64,000 nucleotides of DNA, taken from Candidatus Dasytiphilus stammeri (GTDB lineage: Bacteria; Pseudomonadota; Gammaproteobacteria; Enterobacterales; Enterobacteriaceae). This document shows, piece by piece, positions 12,566-22,530 of the stretch; position 1 is the stretch's first letter, and each line of letters opens with the position of its first letter. Location of the stretch: NCBI GenBank assembly GCA_041941785.1, contig CP145871.1, positions 198,328-262,327 on the forward strand. Direction: 5' to 3'. Both the position numbers and the translations under genes were made by a program. The notes below the pieces were generated by a model. It worked only from the letters and a program-made list of their open reading frames with translations, did not search any database and was not told the origin of the DNA.

Positions 12566-14371
12566 TCATAAGTTCTGACTATAGTGAATTTGGGTAAGAA
12601 GAGTGTTTACTGTCCAAGAAGTTAATAATGTGGAGATGAAATGTCGTCTAATTTCCGGTTCTAACGCAGAAACAATAAGAGAATTTATTAATTCTGATTT
12701 AAATCCAATATTATCATTAGTAAACCACATTAGGTTCCAGTCTTTTAAGCCGGATAATTCTGCTGCTTTTGATACACCATCATCAAAATCACCTAACTTA
12801 TCAATTAACCCTATTTTTTTAGCATCCATACCAGACCAAATACGTCCTTGTGCAATTTTATCTATTTGAGTATAGGATCTATTTCGATCTTGAGCAACAA
12901 AATTAATAAATTTTCTATAACCATTCTGGATTCTTAGTTGCATTATTTCTTGCACTTCCCTAGGAAGTGCTTTAGAGGATGAGTCATCTGCTAATGGAGA
13001 TGTAAATACTCCATCCGAATATATTCCCAAAGTAGACAGGATATTTTCGAAAGTGATCTTATGACCAAAAATACCTATAGATCCCGTTATAGTGGTAGGT
13101 GCAGCTATAAGATAGTTAGCAGGAGTAGATATCATATATCCTCCCGAAGCAGCATATCCTCCCATAACAACTACAATGGGTTTACCCGAATGACGAGTAG
13201 TTACTATTTCTTCTCGTATAGATTCTGAATCAGACGCACTTCCTCCTGGACTATTAATATATAAAATAATAGCTTTAATATGAGGATTTAAACGGGCATA
13301 ACGTAACTGTTTTTGTATTTTACCGCTACTAATATAGCCGGGTTGTTCATAATTTTCGTTTCCAATTATGCCACTCATACTAATCACCGCTATTTTGTTC
13401 TTTTTAAAGGGTAAATTATTTTTTAAGGTATAATCATACATGCTTATGGCATTATAACTGTTTTTATTTTTATTCCATCCGAGTTTTAAAATCATGTTTT
13501 TCTCAAAACAAGACAGACAAATTAATTGATCTACTAATTTATTATTATAGGCATATTGTGCGCTATCCCCCCCTTCTTGTCTTAACTTCTTTATAATTGT
13601 TGCTACTGCCGGAAAAATTTTCTGTCTAGATACTTTGCGATTATGAGCTATTTGATTAATATATTCATTCCATAACTCATCTATTAAAATAGCGTTTAGT
13701 TTGCGTACGCTAGGTGACATATTATTACGGATAAAAGGCTCTACCGCTGATTTATAATTACCCACTCTAAACATATGATAAGTAATATGTAAATTATCTA
13801 TTAATTTTTTATAATACAATTGCTTAATAGCTAATCCATGTAAATCTACCTCTCCATGAGGAGATAAATAAATTTGATTTGCAAAAGATGCTAGATAATA
13901 CTGTTCTTGAGTATAATATTCAGCAATTGAGAAAATTAATTTTCCACTCCTCCGAAATTCCTCTAGAGCTTTTCCTATATAATGCAACGATGGTTGACTA
14001 GCACGACTAAAGTTTTTTAGATCTAAAATTAGATAATTTATATTACTATCATTTTTAGCTTGTCGAATAATTTCCACTATTTGAAATAAAGAGTTTTGGA
14101 AAAAAAAGTTCTTCTGTATTTTTAAAAAACGCAAAACTTTAGTTCCCATGGAACTACTTACCATAATAGGTTCATCATTGATGTCTCCTTTAATATCTAA
14201 AACTAAAGCATGCGGCGAAGAACTAGTCCCAATAATTGTAGGATATATAAACTTTAGTACTAGAATAGATAGGATCAAAAAAAGACTTTTAATAAAATTA
14301 ACTCGACTCAAATTTAGTGATTTCCATAAAAAGATAAAAAAAATTTTTATCCTCCGCACTATATAATGCAT
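12566..14371 (-). CDS. sppA: Signal peptide peptidase SppA (protease IV, 67K type)
   Basis: 601 aa with an N-terminal membrane anchor and two tandem S49 peptidase domains (INSPGGSASDSE...GYAASGGYMIS). Confidence 0.88.
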   Translation of the reverse strand: MHYIVRRIKIFFIFLWKSLNLSRVNFIKSLFLILSILVLKFIYPTIIGTSSSPHALVLDIKGDINDEPIMVSSSMGTKVLRFLKIQKNFFFQNSLFQIVEIIRQAKNDSNINYLILDLKNFSRASQPSLHYIGKALEEFRRSGKLIFSIAEYYTQEQYYLASFANQIYLSPHGEVDLHGLAIKQLYYKKLIDNLHITYHMFRVGNYKSAVEPFIRNNMSPSVRKLNAILIDELWNEYINQIAHNRKVSRQKIFPAVATIIKKLRQEGGDSAQYAYNNKLVDQLICLSCFEKNMILKLGWNKNKNSYNAISMYDYTLKNNLPFKKNKIAVISMSGIIGNENYEQPGYISSGKIQKQLRYARLNPHIKAIILYINSPGGSASDSESIREEIVTTRHSGKPIVVVMGGYAASGGYMISTPANYLIAAPTTITGSIGIFGHKITFENILSTLGIYSDGVFTSPLADDSSSKALPREVQEIMQLRIQNGYRKFINFVAQDRNRSYTQIDKIAQGRIWSGMDAKKIGLIDKLGDFDDGVSKAAELSGLKDWNLMWFTNDNIGFKSELINSLIVSALEPEIRRHFISTLLTSWTVNTLLTQIHYSQNL

Positions 14372-14690
14372 AATATCTCCGAATTATATATAATTTATCT
14401 CTAATAAATCTAAAAAAGGTTTTTATATTTTTTATATTCTCAATAATAGGGTCATTTTTTAAAAAAAAATGATAGTTATTTTATATAAAATTTTTTCCAG
14501 GTATGTTTATATTAATAAAAGTTTCATATTTGGTTGGGGAAAAAGAAGATATTCCTCTGTTTCATCCTTATTTTTTCTTAAATAAGAAATATTTTTACTC
14601 TAATATCTCTAGAAAAATCCTATTATATCCAATTAAAAAATAACATAGCAAATAAAAATTATTCATAACAAAATATTATAGGATGATTTG

Positions 14691-15374
14691 ATGATTAAAA
14701 AAGATTATTTGCGGGGCATTTCACCTCCCGAAGATGAAAAAACTCTAATAGATAGAGCATATTTACTAGCCGGATATACTTTAAGTGAGTTAGGAGGATC
14801 CAATATACCTATAAAATTGCAATATCATAAGGGATGGGTGGGAATGCTAATGGAAAAATATCTCGGAGCAGATGCCGGTAATCAATCAAAGCCAGACTTT
14901 ACCCGCATAGGGGTAGAATTAAAGACTATTCCTGTAAATTCAAATGGAATACCATTAGAAAATACATTTATTTGTGGAGTATCATTAATCAATACTATTG
15001 GTCTGACCTGGGAGCTATCTTCTGTACGTAAGAAACTTATACGAGTCTTATGGATTCCTATAGAAGGAAGTCGTAAAATACCTCTCTCTAAAAGAAGAAT
15101 AGGTAGCCCATTTTTATGGAGTCCCAGTACACAGCAAGAATTATATTTACGTCGAGATTGGGAAGATTTTATGGATTCAATTACATTTGGTAAAATAGAA
15201 GATATTACTGCCCGTAATGGGGAGTTTCTGCAAATAAAAACTAAATCCTCTTCAAGTAAATGTTTGACTGAAGCATATGATAAATATGCCCACCGTATTC
15301 GTACCCGACCGCGAGGATTTTATTTAAAAAAAAGTTTTACTAATCTTATATTAAAGAGTCAATTTTTTGAGTAA
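14691..15374 (+). CDS. mutH: DNA mismatch repair endonuclease MutH
   Basis: SPPEDEKTLIDRAYLLAGYTLSEL...PDFTRIGVELKTIPVN...RGFYLKKSFT is collinear with E. coli MutH. The ATG at 14691 is preceded by AGGA; the ORF-track start at 14688 is a TTG. Confidence 0.9.
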   Translation: MIKKDYLRGISPPEDEKTLIDRAYLLAGYTLSELGGSNIPIKLQYHKGWVGMLMEKYLGADAGNQSKPDFTRIGVELKTIPVNSNGIPLENTFICGVSLINTIGLTWELSSVRKKLIRVLWIPIEGSRKIPLSKRRIGSPFLWSPSTQQELYLRRDWEDFMDSITFGKIEDITARNGEFLQIKTKSSSSKCLTEAYDKYAHRIRTRPRGFYLKKSFTNLILKSQFFE

Positions 15375-15421
15375 ATTAAAATAATTTACTCTAATTTTTA
15401 GATATAAATTTTTCCATAAAT

Positions 15422-16147
15422 ATGTTTACATCGATAATAGTTCCAAGTACATGGATATCATTACTCACTTTAATGAGCGTAGAAATTATCCTAGGTCTTG
15501 ACAATATTATTTTAATATCTTTCCAAATATCTCATCTTCCTATTAATCAACAAAATACTGCTTTAATGTTTGGGTTAGGAGTATCAATGGTAATACGTAT
15601 TATCTTATTAAGTATTGCTAGTTGGATGCTGAAATTTACTAACCCAATATTTACTCTCTTCTTGCATAATTTTTCATTTCGGGAAGTAATTTTTTTACTT
15701 GGAGGCATATTTTTATTATGGAAATCTTTTAAAGAACTACATCATACAATTTTATTAAATTTTAATACCTCCAGCTTTTTGGCTAGAAAAAAAAATTTTT
15801 TTTCATTTGGAAAAGTAGTTGGAGAGATAATTGTGTTAGATATTCTTTTTAGCATAGATTCAGTACTGACTGCAGTCAGTATCTCTACCAATCAGACAGT
15901 AATGTTTATTGCCTTAATTTTTTCAGCAATTATCCTGTTCTTTTTTTCTAGAAAAATAGCTAAATTTCTGCACTATAACATTTTTATCAAGATATTAACC
16001 TTATCCTTTATAGGTTTATTAGGAATAGTTCTTATGCTAGAAGGAATTTTCATACATATTCCTAGAGGATATCTATATGCATCTTTATGTTTTGCTCTAT
16101 TAGTAGAAGGTTTAAATTTTTTATATAGAAAAAATAATGTTCACTAA
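15422..16147 (+). CDS. ygdQ: TerC-family integral membrane protein (YgdQ-like)
   Basis: 241 aa and polytopic. LLTLMSVEIILGLDNIILIS...LLGGIFLLWKSFKELH...HIPRGYLYASLCFALLVEGLNFLYRKNN parallels E. coli YgdQ. It is adjacent to mutH as in E. coli. Confidence 0.7.
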   Translation: MFTSIIVPSTWISLLTLMSVEIILGLDNIILISFQISHLPINQQNTALMFGLGVSMVIRIILLSIASWMLKFTNPIFTLFLHNFSFREVIFLLGGIFLLWKSFKELHHTILLNFNTSSFLARKKNFFSFGKVVGEIIVLDILFSIDSVLTAVSISTNQTVMFIALIFSAIILFFFSRKIAKFLHYNIFIKILTLSFIGLLGIVLMLEGIFIHIPRGYLYASLCFALLVEGLNFLYRKNNVH

Positions 16148-16402
16148 TAGAATTACTTGAAAGGAAACTTAGTTTCTAATATTTATCTATTGTTGGACAT
16201 CATCTGAGGGTTCGTAGGTGTCCATTATTATCTAATAAAACAGAACAAAAAAGATTATTAGAATTGGATGACATTGAAGATCCGTAGGATACAAACGCAT
16301 TAAATACTAAATAATCTCCTATCGTTAGGAAAATAACTTGATTTCCATTGTATATCAGTTGTGGACATCTTAAAAAGATATTAATCCTATTCTGGATTAG
16401 AG

Positions 16403-17371
16403 TTAATACTCTACTACTATAGAAATAGTATCGGAATAGTTCCCAGCAGTTACATTTGTCTGTTTATTATTAACCGATACTTGATATGTAATTAATTGAG
16501 GACTACCTAAACCTGTAAAACCTAATTTACTATTTTTATTCCAGATAATATTCGTGTCAGGATGATAAATATTATATTGGATATAATGAGCTAGTCCATC
16601 ATTCATTTGTCTCCATCCTCCATGAAAAAAATTACCATCCGTAAACCAAACATTGAAATGTTCTTTTTTAGTGCAGCTTACAGTGATATGAGCAGTTAAT
16701 GGGGTAACTTTATCTAGTGAAGTGGTAGAACCCAAATCAATATCATTGATTGTATTTATTAAACATTCTTTATTTACTGACCCATGTACTTTGACAGTAG
16801 TAAATCCTTTTCCTTTCCAATTAGAAAAACATAGAAATAATGTACCTACTCGACAAATAGAATATTCCCATTTCATTTGAATCTCGTCTTCATAAAGTCC
16901 CGAAGCAACGTTACTACTGGGCTGAGTTTTTATATAGAGAGGAATTTCACTATTATTTGAGGAAAATATTAATGACAGTAAATTTAATTTATCGAAGTCT
17001 ATCTCTTGTCCTACTTTATAAGCATACTGATAATTTTTATCTGGATATATTAGATATGGAATATCTTCTTCTGTTGAAGGATCTTGATTTTTCAGCTTCA
17101 TGTTATTTAAAGTGGAAAGAATCTGCGCTCTAATAGTATTATGAGTTAAAAAGGTAGCATTAAATCCTGAACAAATCATACCTGACTTTCCGGAAGACTG
17201 GATAGATCCGTGAAGTAGACTAAAGGAATTAGTCGATCCTAAACTTACATCGCCATGAGAAAAAGTACAATCTCCTCTGGTTACAGGAAGATAGAAAAGA
17301 GCAATAATAATTGGAAAAATTTTTATATAATTCAAGGGATAATTAAAATTATTATTTTCCTTTACTTGCAT
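16403..17371 (-). CDS. Two-domain SCPU (spore coat protein U-like) pilus tip subunit / putative adhesin (CsuE-like)
   Basis: 322 aa, with a signal-like N-terminus (IKIFPIIIALFYLPVTRG/DC) and several Cys pairs. The C-terminus ends in the SCPU signature AGNYSDTISIVVEY. It is the last gene of the operon and overlaps the usher stop by 10 nt. Confidence 0.7.
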   Translation of the reverse strand: MQVKENNNFNYPLNYIKIFPIIIALFYLPVTRGDCTFSHGDVSLGSTNSFSLLHGSIQSSGKSGMICSGFNATFLTHNTIRAQILSTLNNMKLKNQDPSTEEDIPYLIYPDKNYQYAYKVGQEIDFDKLNLLSLIFSSNNSEIPLYIKTQPSSNVASGLYEDEIQMKWEYSICRVGTLFLCFSNWKGKGFTTVKVHGSVNKECLINTINDIDLGSTTSLDKVTPLTAHITVSCTKKEHFNVWFTDGNFFHGGWRQMNDGLAHYIQYNIYHPDTNIIWNKNSKLGFTGLGSPQLITYQVSVNNKQTNVTAGNYSDTISIVVEY

Positions 17372-19932
17372 AGTAGTTGTAATCCTCGAGTTGATATATC
17401 TTCGGATGGTTGATTAACTACTACTTTACAAGTAGTATTATTGTCAGATCTAGTAATAAGAAGTAGATAATGCTTGTTCTTATTGATATCTTTAATGAAG
17501 ACTTCTCCTTCTAAGCCTGACCAAGTAATCTGGGAAGTACCTATTATCCTCACTAGACTACCTGGAGGTAAAAAGTGACCTTCTTGATCAATCACTGAAA
17601 AAAAAGCGGATTGAGGACTAGATAGATCAAAATTTACTATATAACCACTCCGGTCCTTAAGGATAAATTTTCTAATTGTTGAAGGAATCTCAATTCCCGC
17701 TGAAATATTTTTAGGATCAATGGATATGGTAGCAGGATACCATGATGGTACAGATGAAACTAATAAATATCCCTTACTATCAGTTTTTCCAATAAAGCTG
17801 TTTTCATAAAAAATAGGGATATTTTGATATCCATTAGTTGATATTAGTACGAATCCATCATTAATAGGTGAGGAAAAATTAATATATTTTCCTATAGACA
17901 CTAAGGCACCACTTAATTGCAACCATAGGTTGGAATAATTATTCACTTCATCTAAACCTACTTGAGTAGCAAAATATTGATTTTTCCAAATAATATTAGC
18001 TTGATGTAAGGTATCATCAGTATTTTTTTTAGAAAAAATAACATTCCATCCTATCCCTTCATAATATGGAATACTTCTATTCCATGATTGACTTATGAAG
18101 GAATTATGCTCTTCATCTACGTCAGATACAAAAGATGTATTTCCAAAACTATTTAAAGGTATACTTAACATTAAGTGTGCTTTATACCCTGATTTTATAC
18201 CCGTATATTTATTTATTGAAGTCCATAAATTAATATCCCTTCCTAACGAAGTACTATATGAAATATTTAATTCTTTTAATCTTTTTTTATTTAGGTCTTG
18301 GTTTTCCAGAAAATTTAAACTCACATTGCTAGACTGACTCAAATTCAAGGAACCATTAATTTGAGTAAAATGGTGAACTAAGTCGTTTGATGACTGACTC
18401 GCATAATTTAATAACTCACTATAATTTCCAATTCGGTAGTTATATTGAGCATTGAAATTTAAGAATGTATTCTGGTATGTATATCCTAAGTTTATCTGTT
18501 GTCCTGTATAGTGCCAATTACTGTCATTCCATTTATGAGAATTCATATTAAATTTAAAGAGAGATCTAATATTATTAGTGTCTACAGCAGGAACAGAATA
18601 CACTGGAGTTCTGTTTTCTTTGGTGGCACTACTGATACTCCATGAAATATTTACTATTCCTAAAAGGAAACATTTTATATCACCTCCTAGTCCTATATTA
18701 AAAAAATTTTTAGTACTTTCTACTATTGTATTAACTGTTATCCATGGTGCTAACCCATATCTTATAAATCCCTTTAAAGACATATCCGAATCATAATCAA
18801 AAGATTTTTGTCCGTAATGTCGTCGTAAAGATCCTAATGATAGACTAAAATCAGTGCTACCTACATTAAGGATATTTCTATCTATATAAAAAGGCACTTT
18901 TATTCGTTTAGAGCGACCTAATAAATCGGATGTTAGGATAGTAGCCATATTATAACCATTGAAATATCCTAAATTATTTATCAACTGAAATTTGCCTGCA
19001 CTAATTGGTCTAGATATTATTTTATCATTATTTATATATACATCTAATATACTAGGCATAGTAGCATATCCACTAATGTTAGGTAAGGAATAGGTAATTG
19101 TCTCAGGATGTATATTGAATTGTCGGGATACTTTAATTCCCACCATTCGCACTGGAGAATAGCCAGTAAAAACATCAGTAGTATAATCACCTATTATATA
19201 GTGCAACATATGTTGTTCGCTATTCATACTCCATTGAGTTTCATAACGTATGTAGGATGATTTTTTTATATTTTGATTTAATAAACTGTTAATTCGTAAT
19301 ATTCCCGTATGTGAGAAGACACCTATGCGATTAAATAATCTAATCTCTGACCATAATGAAGATTTAACTTTTTTATTCTTTTTAAGAAAGGTATTTAAAT
19401 ACCAGTCATAGTTTAATATTACTCCGAAAGAACTTTTACCTGCTTCTTTGTTTAGAAGGGGAGAGTTGATCGGCCTAATTTTTTTTTGTGGCCACCAAGA
19501 ATAAGGTACATCTATAAAAAATCTTTGCATATTTGGATCATATTTAGTAATTAAATTACTTACTAAATCTAGAGCTATCTCATTGTGAGAAAAATTGTGT
19601 ACTTTTCCGAAGATTATCTTATCAAAATTAAATCCTATTTGTTTCAATGAGTCTATTGACATATAAAAATGTCTATTTTTATATTTGACGGGAAATATTT
19701 TGTGCGTAACATTGCCATTAATCACTAGTTCTAAATATAACTGACTACTGCTATTAGCTAAAATATTTTGATTAATTTTACCTTCAGCACCAGGGATAAA
19801 AAAGAGGAGTAAAAATAAATAACACTCAATTATTCGGAAAATTCCACTTTTAGTGGCGTCGTAATATATGGACAAATTATTTGTTTTGAACCAAATTAAA
19901 AAAGGGAATAGTTTTAATTTCTGGTCGCTCAT
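17362..19932 (-). CDS. Outer-membrane fimbrial usher (CsuD/FimD/PapC family)
   Basis: 856 aa, the right size and position (after the chaperone) for an usher, rich in aromatic-terminated beta-strand repeats. The N-terminal region has LYLELVINGNV...SLKQIGF. The start is ambiguous: ATG 19932 overlaps the chaperone by 56 nt, whereas TTG 19875 lies 1 nt after the chaperone stop and is followed by a signal-like segment (FRIIECYLFLLLFFIPGAEG). Confidence 0.85.
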   Translation of the reverse strand: MSDQKLKLFPFLIWFKTNNLSIYYDATKSGIFRIIECYLFLLLFFIPGAEGKINQNILANSSSQLYLELVINGNVTHKIFPVKYKNRHFYMSIDSLKQIGFNFDKIIFGKVHNFSHNEIALDLVSNLITKYDPNMQRFFIDVPYSWWPQKKIRPINSPLLNKEAGKSSFGVILNYDWYLNTFLKKNKKVKSSLWSEIRLFNRIGVFSHTGILRINSLLNQNIKKSSYIRYETQWSMNSEQHMLHYIIGDYTTDVFTGYSPVRMVGIKVSRQFNIHPETITYSLPNISGYATMPSILDVYINNDKIISRPISAGKFQLINNLGYFNGYNMATILTSDLLGRSKRIKVPFYIDRNILNVGSTDFSLSLGSLRRHYGQKSFDYDSDMSLKGFIRYGLAPWITVNTIVESTKNFFNIGLGGDIKCFLLGIVNISWSISSATKENRTPVYSVPAVDTNNIRSLFKFNMNSHKWNDSNWHYTGQQINLGYTYQNTFLNFNAQYNYRIGNYSELLNYASQSSNDLVHHFTQINGSLNLSQSSNVSLNFLENQDLNKKRLKELNISYSTSLGRDINLWTSINKYTGIKSGYKAHLMLSIPLNSFGNTSFVSDVDEEHNSFISQSWNRSIPYYEGIGWNVIFSKKNTDDTLHQANIIWKNQYFATQVGLDEVNNYSNLWLQLSGALVSIGKYINFSSPINDGFVLISTNGYQNIPIFYENSFIGKTDSKGYLLVSSVPSWYPATISIDPKNISAGIEIPSTIRKFILKDRSGYIVNFDLSSPQSAFFSVIDQEGHFLPPGSLVRIIGTSQITWSGLEGEVFIKDINKNKHYLLLITRSDNNTTCKVVVNQPSEDISTRGLQLLCK

Positions 19933-20725
19933 TGATCTGAGCTGTTAATATTTTTCTTCCTCTTAACGAGGCATCAATTGGAAAAATTATTTCATTACCT
20001 GGTAGGACATAACCTAGTAATCCATCACTGACCAAATATTTATTTTTATTATCTTCTAAGTATACTTCACTTAGTTTAGCATGTATGGTTCCTTCATTAC
20101 GAATATGTAAGTAATTTTTATCTTTTTCCTTAAGAAGGAAATAATGTAATTTGGGAGTAGAAATAATACAATTCTTATTGAGATGATGTAAAATATCTGA
20201 TGGAGATTTTATGTTAGGACCATACACAAATAATGGGATAGAATAACGCATTTTGAATTTTAATTCGATGTTCTTTTTTGGAACATTATCGTTATAATTA
20301 TTTACGCGAGGAATTTCATCAATGATTATACGATATGCTTTTTCCTCATATTTAGAAGGAGATCTTATCTTAACTAAACGTAGGAGTTGTTTTTGTCCCG
20401 AGGCAATTAATACTATTGGTGGACTAACTACTATATCATTTTGTTTTTCCAGCAGGGATGTATTCTGTTTTTGTTTCCAGCTAAAAATGCGTATTTGTAA
20501 TAAAATATCATTTTTATCCAAATTTTCTAACCATAACAAGGTTGTATTATCATTACATTCAATCATGGGATCAATTGGCCAAATATTTAATGAGGCAGCT
20601 GATACTACTGGAATAGTTCCTATTATTATAGATACAACTATCAACCATCCGCTTAATCTTATTTTGTAATCCATACAATTAGTTTTTCTCCCTATCTTCT
20701 GCTCTTTATTATCTATAGAGATCAT
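19877..20725 (-). CDS. Periplasmic pilus chaperone (PapD-like, CsuC-type)
   Basis: 282 aa with an N-terminal signal/anchor (LSGWLIVVSIIIGTIPVVSA). Typical chaperone strands are LNIWPIDPMI...LLWLENLDKNDILLQIRIFSW and SPPIVLIASGQKQLLRL. Confidence 0.85.
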   Translation of the reverse strand: MISIDNKEQKIGRKTNCMDYKIRLSGWLIVVSIIIGTIPVVSAASLNIWPIDPMIECNDNTTLLWLENLDKNDILLQIRIFSWKQKQNTSLLEKQNDIVVSPPIVLIASGQKQLLRLVKIRSPSKYEEKAYRIIIDEIPRVNNYNDNVPKKNIELKFKMRYSIPLFVYGPNIKSPSDILHHLNKNCIISTPKLHYFLLKEKDKNYLHIRNEGTIHAKLSEVYLEDNKNKYLVSDGLLGYVLPGNEIIFPIDASLRGRKILTAQINERPEIKTIPFFNLVQNK

Positions 20726-20903
20726 TAGGATTTATCTCTAATGTATATACATAAATTTCTTTTGACACTGTGTACTTTTTTTATTATTTAGCCACCTTTT
20801 TTTTAATAAAACTATTAAGATAGTTATCTTAGAGGAAATATTCTTCAATTAAATATAAATTTCTTTCTAAAAAGCAACATTTTTTGTTCTTTTTAAGATT
20901 TAT

Positions 20904-21410
20904 TTACCAGCTAAGGGTAATAGTCAACATATCTAGATATGTGCCCGCACTAGGAACCACTTGTTTGGGTACACGACCGTAAATTATTAAGGGCATATTT
21001 TCTCCATTTGCTTTGTTACTTAATATTTCAGTGCTATTCCATAGTAAGGAATATGTTGCATCTTTATACAGATCATATTTTATAAATTCATTTTTTTCTC
21101 CTTTCATTCTTCTTTGTGTGCCTTCCGGTTGTAATCCATTACTTAGAGTTAGATGATAAGATACTCCTTTTGTACAATTAACACCCAATGTCACATTTAC
21201 TGACTTTGAGTTAGTAGTCGTATCTATTACATTATTAATATTTGGATGTTCTCCGAAATCTAAGCTCCCAAAGTTCAGAGCTTGTCCTCCAGTAATTTCA
21301 CAACCATTACCTATAATCATATGGACTCCAATATTTCCTGATATTTGTCCGGTTGCATAAATGGAAGTGGAGAAAAATAAGCTAGTTATTAACAATAATA
21401 TTTTGTTCAT
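20904..21410 (-). CDS. Major pilin subunit, SCPU (spore coat protein U) domain, CsuA/B-like
   Basis: 168 aa with signal peptide MNKILLLITSLFFSTSIYA/TG. It has two conserved Cys (GNGCEI, GVNCTKG), LNFGSLDFG, and the C-terminal SCPU motif AGTYLDMLTITLSW. It is the first gene of the operon. Confidence 0.8.
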   Translation of the reverse strand: MNKILLLITSLFFSTSIYATGQISGNIGVHMIIGNGCEITGGQALNFGSLDFGEHPNINNVIDTTTNSKSVNVTLGVNCTKGVSYHLTLSNGLQPEGTQRRMKGEKNEFIKYDLYKDATYSLLWNSTEILSNKANGENMPLIIYGRVPKQVVPSAGTYLDMLTITLSW

Positions 21411-21492
21411 AATTTTTCTTCCATATTTAGAAAAAGTAAATATTGAATATTATTCTATTATAACTCTCTTTTTTCAGAGAAAAAAAAATTAT

Positions 21493-22461
21493 TTATTTTT
21501 TTAGCATATATGCTAAAAAAGGATCCTGTTTTCCCCATAAAAAAATATCTTTTTTACTTGAAAATCCCCTTTCATAAGCACGTAAACTTCTCAAAAACGT
21601 ATAAAAATCTAAATCTTGAGAAAAATAGGTAGCATATAATTTTGTTACGATTGCATCTGCTTTCCCTCTAATAATACGAGCTTTTCTTTCTGCTTCCGCT
21701 AATGTACGTGTTACATTATAATCTGATACTGCACGAATTTTTTCAGACTGTTCTTTACCTTGTGATCTGTGATGACGGGCATCGGCCTCTCGTTCGGCAC
21801 GCATTCTGTTATAGATAGCTTCAGATACTTCCGAGGGTAAGCTAATTTGCTTTATTCGTACATCAATAACTTGTATACCTAACCTTGCTACACTGTTCTG
21901 TTGAATATTATCGGAACGAGCTAAAATGGAATTTTTAGATGTTGAAACAACTAAATGATTTTTTTCATCGTCCCAATTATGATTAGTACCGTCATTTAAT
22001 GCTTGGAGAACGGTAGAAGTTAATTTTCCTCTAGAATCCGTTACAATATCTTTAACATTCAAGCGTCCTATCTCGGACCGTAATCTATCACTAAATTTTC
22101 GTTTTAGTAAATTTTCGGCCTGAAAAATATCTCCTCCCCCAGTAGTAGCATAAAAACTGCTAAAATCACTAATTCGCCACTTGATATAAGAATCCACTAT
22201 TAAATCTTTCTTTTCCTTCGTAACAAACCGATCTGCTTGATTAACCATTGTTTGAAGACGAGAATCAAAATATTGAACAGAGTCAATAAAGGGAGTTTTC
22301 ATATGCAATCCCGGCAAAAATAATAACGGATAATGATTATTATCACGAAGTACTTTTCCAAAACGTAACAAAATTCCACGCTGCCCTTCTTCTACTGTAA
22401 ACACAGAAAAATTTAGCAAAAATGCTATTAAACTGACCAAGATAATTAAATATTTACGCAT
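21493..22461 (-). CDS. hflC: FtsH modulator HflC (SPFH/band 7)
   Basis: 322 aa with an N-terminal anchor and an SPFH domain. It immediately follows hflK as in E. coli. Confidence 0.9.
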   Translation of the reverse strand: MRKYLIILVSLIAFLLNFSVFTVEEGQRGILLRFGKVLRDNNHYPLLFLPGLHMKTPFIDSVQYFDSRLQTMVNQADRFVTKEKKDLIVDSYIKWRISDFSSFYATTGGGDIFQAENLLKRKFSDRLRSEIGRLNVKDIVTDSRGKLTSTVLQALNDGTNHNWDDEKNHLVVSTSKNSILARSDNIQQNSVARLGIQVIDVRIKQISLPSEVSEAIYNRMRAEREADARHHRSQGKEQSEKIRAVSDYNVTRTLAEAERKARIIRGKADAIVTKLYATYFSQDLDFYTFLRSLRAYERGFSSKKDIFLWGKQDPFLAYMLKK

Positions 22462-22530
22462 TACTTATTCTCTCTATAATTAACTCTACACCTACTGATT
22501 GCTTTATCCTAGAGTGATGAATGTCAAGAA

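Noticed and set aside
16194-16224. An inverted repeat TGGACA...TGTCCA, the repeated words TGGACATC (16194 and 16361) and TCGTAGG/CCGTAGG (16212 and 16282), and a GGGTTCG T-loop-like word, all in the spacer downstream of the pilus operon. I considered these as a terminator, a mobile-element end or a tRNA remnant.
   Set aside because: The stem is only 6 bp with a 19-nt loop and no U-tract. The repeats are 7-8 nt only. No cloverleaf can be folded. I cannot distinguish any of this from chance or from decayed coding sequence.
20322-20669. A 115-aa ORF on the plus strand inside the pilus chaperone gene, considered as a possible extra pilus-locus gene.
   Set aside because: It is entirely antisense to the chaperone, has no signal peptide or pilin motif, and has the composition typical of a shadow frame.
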